This document shows positions 10,697-17,795 of a DNA stretch of 32,000 nt, piece after piece (the stretch's first letter is position 1; each line of letters opens with the position of its first letter). The translations under genes were made by a program, and so were the position numbers. The notes beneath the pieces are model-generated. The model saw only the letters and a list, made by a program, of their open reading frames with translations. It ran no database searches and was not told the DNA's origin. The stretch comes from Prochlorococcus sp. MIT 0801 (GTDB lineage Bacteria; Cyanobacteriota; Cyanobacteriia; PCC-6307; Cyanobiaceae), in NCBI RefSeq assembly GCF_000757865.1, contig NZ_CP007754.1, forward strand, positions 1,350,001-1,382,000, in the 5' to 3' direction.

Positions 10697-11638
10697 TTAA
10701 TTGAGAATTTCGTTAAAATAATCTCTTGTAATTTCTAATCCTTTTTTAAAAGGGATTTTTGGTTCCCAATTCAACTCAGTCTTAGCAAGGTCTATTAAAG
10801 GTTTTCTTCTTTTTGGATCATCTTCCAGTTGATCTAAAAACTTTAACCTAATATTTTTTTTCGATTTGTCTTTAATCATTTTTGCTATTTCAATAATAGA
10901 TAATTCTTCAGGATTACCTAAGTTCAAAGGTCCAGAATTGGATGAGTTCATAAATAGAATCAAAGCCTCTATCAAATCATCAACAAAGCAAAAACTTCTG
11001 GTTTGTGTTCCATCTCCATATATTGTTAAGTCCTCTCCAAGAATTGATTGAACAAGAAAATTACTAATTAATCTACCATCATCTAATAACATTCTTGGTC
11101 CATAAGTATTAAATATTCTAGCTATTCTTATCTCTGTATTATTCATTCTCATGTAGTCATAGCATAATGATTCAGCTAAACGTTTTCCTTCATCATAACA
11201 ACTACGAATCCCTATGGGGTTAACATTACCTCTATAGTATTCCGGTTGAGGATGTATATCAGGATCTCCATAAACTTCACTAGTACTTGCAAGCAATATT
11301 TTCGCCCCTACTCTTCTTGCTAATCCAAGCATGTTATAAGTTCCAAGAAAACAAGTTTTAGATGTTTTAACAGGGTTAAATTGATAATGAATCGGCGATG
11401 CAGGGCAGGCTAAGTGCCATATCTTATCAACCTCAAGCATTATTGGCTCAGTAACATCATGACGAATCAATTCAAAGGAGTGATGACCAATCCAATGAGC
11501 AATATTTGTTCTTCTACCAGTAAAAAAATTATCCAAGCATATAACTTCCTCTCCTGATTTCATTAAACGATCAACCAAATGAGATCCTAAGAAACCTGCT
11601 CCTCCAGTTACTAAATTTCGGCAAGGAGAAGATCGCAT
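10697..11638 (-). CDS. UDP-glucuronate decarboxylase-like NAD-dependent sugar-nucleotide epimerase/dehydratase (SDR family)
   Basis: 313 aa with the Rossmann motif VTGGAGFLGSHL and the catalytic YDEGKR (YxxxK) motif. Overall it resembles UXS/dTDP-glucose 4,6-dehydratase enzymes. Confidence 0.85.
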   Translation of the reverse strand: MRSSPCRNLVTGGAGFLGSHLVDRLMKSGEEVICLDNFFTGRRTNIAHWIGHHSFELIRHDVTEPIMLEVDKIWHLACPASPIHYQFNPVKTSKTCFLGTYNMLGLARRVGAKILLASTSEVYGDPDIHPQPEYYRGNVNPIGIRSCYDEGKRLAESLCYDYMRMNNTEIRIARIFNTYGPRMLLDDGRLISNFLVQSILGEDLTIYGDGTQTRSFCFVDDLIEALILFMNSSNSGPLNLGNPEELSIIEIAKMIKDKSKKNIRLKFLDQLEDDPKRRKPLIDLAKTELNWEPKIPFKKGLEITRDYFNEILN

Positions 11639-11697
11639 ATGATTTAAAGCTTAAAAAGATTGTCTTATACTATGAGAGATGATTATATCTTTATGAA

Positions 11698-11751
11698 TTA
11701 AAAATAGTTGAATCTTTATAATTTTTATTATAAAGATTCAACTATTTTTAA
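11698..11751. repeat. perfect 25-bp inverted repeat with a 4-nt loop
   Basis: Every position from 11698-11722 pairs with 11751-11727 (ttaaaaatagttgaatctttataat / attataaagattcaactatttttaa) around a TTTT loop. An A-run lies on one side and a T-run on the other. Confidence 0.9.
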
Positions 11752-11977
11752 AAAATCATTTTTTTTTATTGATTTAATTTATTCGCTATAAAGAATTTCT
11801 ATATTATCTTGGGATTAAATTTACCGCTCATCAATCTATTAATTGCTTACATAAACTACTAGATAAATGTTCAGAATTCAAAATGAAGATGTATCTAATA
11901 AAATAGATATTATCACTCTTATTTTTCTCTATAAGATTTGAGTTGCAATAAAATAAAAGAGTGAATCATTCAGACAA

Positions 11978-12200
11978 ACAAAAAAGAATTGAATGTTGAT
12001 TTTTTAGTGATCCTTATTGGTAAAAAAAATAAATCCAACTTTTTGATAATCAATAATATTTCTCTGCTCTTCTAATAGCTTTAATAGAACCTTTATAATC
12101 TCCTATTTTATACTTTGACTCGCTAATAAGCTCTAATTTTTCTATCACCTCCTCTTTTCTTTTCTGACTAATTACTTTTTTATAATCTGATATTAAATCA
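11978..12200. repeat. right copy of the approximately 225-bp direct repeat (a roughly 45-bp remnant of the ferredoxin 3' end plus the intact 3' end of CDS 12050..12691)
   Basis: See 8451-8675. It contains ...gaatgttgatttttagtgatccttattggtaa, a copy of the last codons (NVEFFSDPYW*) of the ferredoxin-like gene carrying a small indel. Confidence 0.85.
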
Positions 12201-12691
12201 TATTTACTTTTTCGTATATCTGAACCTTTAATCAGAGCATTATATTTAGGTTCTAGATCCGTTTTTTTAAATGTACCTAACAAAATATTTTTATAATCTA
12301 TTTTAGTGTTACCTAATTCATTGGATTTATCAATTTCCAATAATCTAATTTTTTTAGCTTTTCTTTTATCATCTATTGCTCCTTGATAATCTCCAGTTTT
12401 ATATCTAGAGTTACTTCTACCACTAAATGAAATATCTTTAGACCTTTCTTTAATAATATCTATTTTAGATTCAAAAAAAATTGACTTTGAGAAGTCATCA
12501 ATAGCAGATACATTTTCTCCTAACTTATCATTCAAGAAACCACAATTTAAATATGCTAAAGCAATATCATCTGGATTTTCAAGACTATCAATATTCTTTT
12601 TTATAGAGTTAATAGCCCCATCATAATCATCTAAATCAATCAAATTAATTGCTTCATAATAAAAAGATGAAGGCTCTTGTAATTTTTTCAA
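12050..12691 (-). CDS. hypothetical protein with degenerate TPR-like internal repeats
   Basis: 213 aa. An internal motif recurs three times (DLDDYDGAINSIKKN / YKTGDYQGAIDDKRKAKK / YKIGDYKGSIKAIRRAEK). ATG start. Confidence 0.6.
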   Translation of the reverse strand: MKKLQEPSSFYYEAINLIDLDDYDGAINSIKKNIDSLENPDDIALAYLNCGFLNDKLGENVSAIDDFSKSIFFESKIDIIKERSKDISFSGRSNSRYKTGDYQGAIDDKRKAKKIRLLEIDKSNELGNTKIDYKNILLGTFKKTDLEPKYNALIKGSDIRKSKYDLISDYKKVISQKRKEEVIEKLELISESKYKIGDYKGSIKAIRRAEKYY

Positions 12692-12787
12692 ATGATTTAC
12701 ACCTCTTCTTTATTTTAAGCACATTCAATACAGTCAGTTTAAAAGTCTTCAAGAAAATATGTAGGAAAAATTCACTTTCTGAGAACA

Positions 12788-12874
12788 CGGAGAGGGTGGG
12801 ATTCGAACCCACGGATAGTTTTAGCTATCAAACGATTTCGAGTCGTTCGCTTTCGACCACTCAGCCACCTCTCC
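12788..12874 (-). tRNA. tRNA-Ser (anticodon CGA), class II with a long variable arm; CCA is not encoded
   Basis: The reverse complement folds by hand into a cloverleaf. Acceptor stem GGAGAGG/CCTCTCC plus discriminator G. Anticodon stem AACGA/TCGTT with loop CTCGAAA. Variable arm GATAG..CTATC. T-arm GTGGG-TTCGAAT-CCCAC. Confidence 0.93.
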
Positions 12875-12948
12875 CTAGAAGTCAGTTTAAGGCAATCTTC
12901 TAGTTCCATTGAAGAATAAGCAGAATTAAAAATCTAATTCATAGATAT

Positions 12949-13974
12949 TTAATCCCAACCTTCATTTCTCATAAGCTGTATTGCTTTTTTATTATTTGCT
13001 CCTAATTGATCAATGGTCACACTGTCAGGAGTAAATCCTCCAAATTGAGCAACCTCATTGGTTTTATTAAAACCAACTAAAGGGTGTTCAAATGTTGGGC
13101 CAGCTAACCCACTACTCCCAGCAGGAGAAGCAAGATACTCCAGGAGTTGAATTGCTTCTTCTTTATTTTCAGCATATTTAGCAATTCCACCTGCACTGAC
13201 ATTTACATGAGCAGGACTAGGAGTAAGAACCTTTACTTTTTTAGCCAACCTTTGATCTTTTCGACCATTTACACCTGCAAGCATTCTTGAAACATAGTAG
13301 TGATTAACAATACCTACGCCACATTTACCCTGAGCAACAGCTCTTATAACACCAATATCACCAGGAAAAAAAGGCTGAGAGATATTTGAAATCATCCCTT
13401 TTAACCACTCTTTAGTTTGGGCTTCTCCTTTATTGACAATTTGATTAGCGACTAAAGATTGATTGTATGGACTGCTCCTTTTTCTCACACAGACAAGACC
13501 TTCTAAAGAAGGATTAGCAAGATCTGAATAATCTTTGATTGAATTTATATCAACTTTCTTCGGATTAGCAACCATTACTCTCACCCTTCTTGTTAAGGCA
13601 TACCATCTTGCTTGAGGATCTCGATATTCCACTGGAACATTTTTATCTAAGTTAGAAGACCTATAAGACTGAAGAAGACCACTTTTAGCAGCATTGCTAA
13701 TTCGAGCCGCATCAACAAGAAGAATCACATCGGCTTTAGAATTTGATCCTTCCCTTTTCAATCTTTCAACTAGAGAAATTCCTGTAGCCTCGATTAATCG
13801 GATTTTTATCCCAGTCTCCTCTGCAAATTGCTTATATATCTGCTTATCGGTGTTGTAATGTCTGCCAGAATAAATTCTTACTTCTCTCTCAGAGGCTTTT
13901 ACATGATTAAAACTTGAAGAGACTAAAAGAGTACCTGCTATTACTGAAGTAAAAAGACGCTTAATTAAATTCAT
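12949..13974 (-). CDS. futA: periplasmic Fe(3+) ABC-transporter substrate-binding protein (FutA/IdiA/AfuA family)
   Basis: 341 aa with a signal peptide, then REVRIYSGRHYNTDKQIYKQFAEETGIKI and full-length resemblance to IdiA/FutA. Confidence 0.88.
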   Translation of the reverse strand: MNLIKRLFTSVIAGTLLVSSSFNHVKASEREVRIYSGRHYNTDKQIYKQFAEETGIKIRLIEATGISLVERLKREGSNSKADVILLVDAARISNAAKSGLLQSYRSSNLDKNVPVEYRDPQARWYALTRRVRVMVANPKKVDINSIKDYSDLANPSLEGLVCVRKRSSPYNQSLVANQIVNKGEAQTKEWLKGMISNISQPFFPGDIGVIRAVAQGKCGVGIVNHYYVSRMLAGVNGRKDQRLAKKVKVLTPSPAHVNVSAGGIAKYAENKEEAIQLLEYLASPAGSSGLAGPTFEHPLVGFNKTNEVAQFGGFTPDSVTIDQLGANNKKAIQLMRNEGWD

Positions 13975-14122
13975 TAACCTATCTAGGGAAGGGATTAATA
14001 ACTTTGCATAGACTAGGCAAGAAGATACTGCTAAAAATAGATTCGCAACTTTGATACGTATTGAAGTATAAATTGATATCTTATTTATAGTTTATGATAG
14101 AAATTAAATCTAAATATCAAAG

Positions 14123-14788
14123 ATGGAATATTTAACTCATTCTCTAATAGATAAATCAGAAGCTCTTCAAATAGTCAATAAGCTAAAAGCAGAGAAATCA
14201 TCCTGGCAAGATGGTAAAAAGACTGCAGGAAGTCATGCTGCAGAAATAAAATCTAATTTTCAATTAGATAAAAATTCAAAATTATCAATAAATCTTAGAG
14301 ATATAATTGTTAATAAAATAATTTCGAATCCTCTTCTAAAAAGTTTTACATTACCTAGTCTTATTCATGGAGTCATGTTTACTCAATCCCTAGCTGGACA
14401 TCGCTATGGGTCACATATTGACAACCCTTACATGCCCTCGGGAAGAAGTGATCTATCTTTTACATTATTTTTAAACAACCCAGAGGATTATCAAGGTGGT
14501 GAATTATGTATACAGACGATCAATAAAACTGAAAAGGTCAAATTATCCGCTGGAGAAATGATAATTTATCCCAGCACTCAACTACATTCTGTTGCTGAAG
14601 TTAAAGATGGAGAACGTTTTGTTTGCGTAGGTTGGATTCAAAGCTATGTACAAAATAATGAAGATAGAAACTTCTTATTCGGACTAGATGCAGGAGCCAA
14701 AGGTTTACTAGCTAAACATGGAAGATCGGACGAATTAGATTTAATTTTCCAGTCATACAGCAATATCCTCAGGAGACTAGGAGATTAA
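14123..14788 (+). CDS. piuC: PKHD-type Fe(II)/2-oxoglutarate-dependent hydroxylase (PiuC family)
   Basis: 221 aa with the HxD...H facial triad context (GSHIDNPY ... QLHSV) and typical PiuC length and N-terminus. Transcribed divergently from futA. Confidence 0.8.
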   Translation: MEYLTHSLIDKSEALQIVNKLKAEKSSWQDGKKTAGSHAAEIKSNFQLDKNSKLSINLRDIIVNKIISNPLLKSFTLPSLIHGVMFTQSLAGHRYGSHIDNPYMPSGRSDLSFTLFLNNPEDYQGGELCIQTINKTEKVKLSAGEMIIYPSTQLHSVAEVKDGERFVCVGWIQSYVQNNEDRNFLFGLDAGAKGLLAKHGRSDELDLIFQSYSNILRRLGD

Positions 14789-14874
14789 ACTAATCACTTT
14801 ATACATGAAAAAGCAAAAAAAGAACTTTCATTAATAGACTTTAGGTATCAAAATACAAAAAAATTTAATTACAT

Positions 14875-15120
14875 ATGCCTAAAAAATCTCCTGTAGGAAT
14901 ATTCCTAGCTGCAGCTGCTGCTTTATCAACCAACGCAATTATTCCTGATCATTCAATCGCTGGAGATAATCATGGTGATATGGGCGGTTTAAAAGAATGG
15001 ACTACAGATCAAGAAGCAGACGAGGATGGAAAACTTGACGAGGCTGCTCAAAAAGCTGCTGATAAAGCTAAAAAAGCTGACGTTTGCATTCCTATTGGGG
15101 AAGGCGAAAACTGCTGGTAA
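14875..15120 (+). CDS. small secreted acidic protein with a C-terminal Cys-X9-Cys-Trp end
   Basis: 81 aa. Sec-type signal (GIFLAAAAALSTNAII), an acidic and His-containing middle, and the C-terminus CIPIGEGENCW. GC is elevated and a strong terminator follows. Confidence 0.6.
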   Translation: MPKKSPVGIFLAAAAALSTNAIIPDHSIAGDNHGDMGGLKEWTTDQEADEDGKLDEAAQKAADKAKKADVCIPIGEGENCW

Positions 15121-15140
15121 GATTTTTTTTCAAATTGAAC

Positions 15141-15171
15141 AAAAAAAAACGCCCCTAAAGGGGCGTTTTTT
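15141..15171. terminator. bidirectional Rho-independent terminator between the small secreted protein gene and the porin gene
   Basis: A9 run, CGCCCC (15150-15155), TAAA loop, GGGGCG (15160-15165), then T6. Confidence 0.85.
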
Positions 15172-15192
15172 AATGGTGTAATTCTTGAGAAT

Positions 15193-16530
15193 TTAGAATC
15201 TAAATTCTGTAAGAAGTACTGCACCATTTATGTCCTTGCCTTCTGCTTCAACATCTGTTGAGCCGAAAATAGCAGGAGTTACGCTTACGCCGTCGTTAAC
15301 TCTGAACTCGTAATAAGCTTCCCAAACTGTATTGTCCTCAGATGGATCAGATGTACCACCTTTAATACTAGATGCAGCCTGTCTTGAACCAATTGCAACA
15401 CCGGCTCTGTTGCCATCAACAAAGAGATCTTTCCAATTAAAACCTACCATCCAACCATCTGTATCTTCAGCTTGTCCAACAGCAGCGTTATCAATAGTAG
15501 CTGACTCATAACCAATTTGAACTTCAGGAATAGCTCCTGTTGTATCTGGCTTCCAGTAAGCTCTTAGACCATATGCTGTCACGTCAGCATTAACGTCTGC
15601 TGCTGCTGTGTGATAGTAACCATCATAAGTATCAGCTCCTTCTTTAAATGAAGTTGCAAGAGAAACTTGCCACTGAGGTGAGCCATACTCAATTTTGGTC
15701 AACCAGAAACTTCTGGTGTTTTCGCCAAACATACCTTTATCACCTGATGAAGTAGCTCCATCTTTTGCGGTGTAGTTAGCACTTACAGCCCATCTAGCTG
15801 CAGAAGGATCATCAACTTCCTGTGTCCATGCAACACCAAATCCTGGGCTTGTGCTTGAACCATAAGAAGAGCCATTAGGACCATTAGCAAATTGCTTAGT
15901 AATTGGCTTATAGATTGAAGCAGCACTAGCTAGCATGTAGTAGTTTTCAATTCTTGGTCCAACCCAAACTTGAAGAGAATCTCCAACAGGGAATTGGTAC
16001 CAAAGCTTATCTACCTTTAATGTGCCGCCATTTTTATTAGCAGCTGATAAATAAGTACCTTGTCTTGAATCACCAAAATGGTCACTTACGTTACCAGTTT
16101 TGATACGGGTATAAAGGTTATCTTCACCAGTGAAACTTGTATTCAGATTTAACTGATACATGTATTCCATTGTGATACTGTCTGTATCAGTCTCATTGTC
16201 ATCATCAACGTAACCGGTGATGAAAGCAGCCTTTCCGCTCATCTTTGTAGATGAAGAGAATTGACCAGCCATTACTTCGCCGAGTTGAGCTTCAACGCCA
16301 TCGACACGAGCTTGAATAACTTCTTGCTTAACACTGCCTTCTGGAGTCGCCTTATCCAAAGCGTCCTCAAGTTGGCTTAATCGAGATTTAAGTTCATCAA
16401 CTTGTAATTGGATGACTTCAATATTAGGGGCTGAGTCTTTTGAGATACCACTAACATCGGCATTAGCCGCTAATGGAGCCATAAGTCCTAAAGCAGCAGG
16501 AGCCACCAGCAAACGCTGAAAAAGCTTCAT
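15193..16530 (-). CDS. outer-membrane porin, cyanobacterial OprB/Som type
   Basis: Signal peptide MKLFQRLLVAPAALGLMAPLAANA, an N-terminal coiled-coil segment, a beta-strand-rich body and a terminal F (TEFRF). I place the start at ATG 16530 rather than the ORF-track TTG at 16545. Confidence 0.8.
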   Translation of the reverse strand: MKLFQRLLVAPAALGLMAPLAANADVSGISKDSAPNIEVIQLQVDELKSRLSQLEDALDKATPEGSVKQEVIQARVDGVEAQLGEVMAGQFSSSTKMSGKAAFITGYVDDDNETDTDSITMEYMYQLNLNTSFTGEDNLYTRIKTGNVSDHFGDSRQGTYLSAANKNGGTLKVDKLWYQFPVGDSLQVWVGPRIENYYMLASAASIYKPITKQFANGPNGSSYGSSTSPGFGVAWTQEVDDPSAARWAVSANYTAKDGATSSGDKGMFGENTRSFWLTKIEYGSPQWQVSLATSFKEGADTYDGYYHTAAADVNADVTAYGLRAYWKPDTTGAIPEVQIGYESATIDNAAVGQAEDTDGWMVGFNWKDLFVDGNRAGVAIGSRQAASSIKGGTSDPSEDNTVWEAYYEFRVNDGVSVTPAIFGSTDVEAEGKDINGAVLLTEFRF

Positions 16531-16681
16531 TGTGTCCTCACACAAATATTTCCAGCCAATAATAATGTATTCAATAAGACATTAAAGGGGCTAATCATTC
16601 TTAAGTATCTTTTGATACTTCGCTTTATATTATTCGAACTATTTGTTAGCGAATTAATCTAAAATTATTACTTAGAGTTAA

Positions 16682-17554
16682 TTAATTTTCGGCACAAAGA
16701 GGGAAGCCAAGGTGCTCTCTTTCCTCTAGCCAAGCTTCAGCAACCTTACGAGCTAAAGATCGAATTCTTGCAATAATTTTAGTTCTCTCAGTAACAGAAA
16801 TAACCCCTCTTGCTTCTAATAAGTTAAATGTATGACTGCATTTTAAAACGTAATCAAGACAAGGTGCAGGTAATTTTTTAGCGATTAATTGATGAGCCTC
16901 TTCCTCATAAATTTCAAAAAGTTTCCTTAAATTTTCCGAGTTAGATTCTTCAAAATTATACTTACATTGACCTTTCTCAAAAGGAAGCCAGATATCACCA
17001 TATTTAGTCTTTTTATTCCAGGAAAGGTCCCAAATACTTTCAACATTTTGTAGATACATTGCCAATCTCTCCAAACCATAAGTGATCTCAATTGAAACAG
17101 GCTTGCAATCAAGACCTCCACATTGTTGAAAATAAGTAAATTGGGTAACTTCCATCCCATCAAGCCAAACTTCCCAACCCACTCCCCATGCGCCTAAGGT
17201 TGGAGATTCCCAATTATCTTCAACGAATCTGATATCATGGTTTTCAGGTGAAATCCCCAAGCTTTTGAGAGAAGATAAATAAATTTCTTGTATACCGTCT
17301 AAAGAAGGCTTGATAAGAACTTGATATTGAAAATAATGCTGTGCTCTATTTGGATTGTCTCCATACCTACCATCAGTCGGTCGCCGACAAGGTTCTGGGT
17401 AAGCTACAGCCCAAGGTTCAGGACCTATCGCTCTTAAAAAAGAATGAGGGCTCATCGTCCCTGCGCCCTTCTCTAAATCATATGGCTGAAGCAGCAAACA
17501 ACCTTTCTCACTCCAGAAATTATTGAGGGTAGAAATTATGTCCTGAAAGTACAC
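16682..17554 (-). CDS. glyQ: glycine--tRNA ligase alpha subunit
   Basis: 290 aa beginning [47 protein letters not shown], highly characteristic of GlyQ. GTG start, with GGGAGGA 7 nt upstream. Confidence 0.95.
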   Translation of the reverse strand: MYFQDIISTLNNFWSEKGCLLLQPYDLEKGAGTMSPHSFLRAIGPEPWAVAYPEPCRRPTDGRYGDNPNRAQHYFQYQVLIKPSLDGIQEIYLSSLKSLGISPENHDIRFVEDNWESPTLGAWGVGWEVWLDGMEVTQFTYFQQCGGLDCKPVSIEITYGLERLAMYLQNVESIWDLSWNKKTKYGDIWLPFEKGQCKYNFEESNSENLRKLFEIYEEEAHQLIAKKLPAPCLDYVLKCSHTFNLLEARGVISVTERTKIIARIRSLARKVAEAWLEEREHLGFPLCAEN

Positions 17555-17590
17555 TATTCAGTCCTCCCAATGTTTTCATAGCTCAGATTT

Positions 17591-17699
17591 AGGAGAACAA
17601 TAGGAGAACAGGGATTCAAAACGAACTCAGGAGAACAGATGAGTGATGTGTCAGAAGAACGAGGAGAGAACATAATCATCAATTTGGATTTGTTCTCCT
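17591..17699. repeat. array of AGGAGAACA motifs: three exact direct copies, one copy with a 2-nt insertion and one inverted copy
   Basis: Exact AGGAGAACA at 17591-17599, 17602-17610 and 17629-17637. AGGAGAGAACA at 17662-17672. The inverted copy TGTTCTCCT at 17691-17699. All lie in the 241-bp spacer between the glyQ start and the protease stop. Confidence 0.85.
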
Positions 17700-17795
17700 A
17701 TTTCTTTCACTCAACTAATCCTATCTATTTGTGTAATGAATGACACGCAAATATCAATGAACAATCAAACAGATCACGACACTTGCAAACTAGAA

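Noticed and set aside
10866-11051. 61-aa plus-strand ORF
   Set aside because: It is antisense to the UXS-like dehydratase gene.
12649-12903. 84-aa plus-strand ORF
   Set aside because: It reads through the complement of tRNA-Ser and the start of the TPR-like gene, so it is an artefact.
14845-14856. GTATCAAAATAC as an NtcA box
   Set aside because: The spacing is GTA-N6-TAC, whereas NtcA sites are GTA-N8-TAC.
14875-15120. RiPP or bacteriocin precursor with a double-glycine leader (GDMGG)
   Set aside because: The N-terminus looks like an ordinary Sec signal rather than an NHLP/Nif11 or double-glycine leader. There is no LanM/ProcM-type enzyme, peptidase-domain ABC transporter or radical SAM gene nearby.
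16546-16681. Classical Fur box (GATAATGATAATCATTATC) upstream of the porin, and likewise in the futA-piuC spacer
   Set aside because: The best hand alignment (aataataatgtattcaata) matches only about 11 of 19 positions. That is not distinguishable from background in AT-rich DNA. I reported the shared GTATCAAA motif instead.
16927-17526. ORFs 16927..17163(-) and 17341..17526(+)
   Set aside because: These are alternate and antisense frames inside glyQ.
17555-17795. T-box or glycine riboswitch in the glyQ leader
   Set aside because: There is no T-box consensus (AATTAGGGTGGTACCGCG-like) or specifier-loop architecture. The glycine-riboswitch conserved cores are absent, and such riboswitches control gcvT rather than glyQ.
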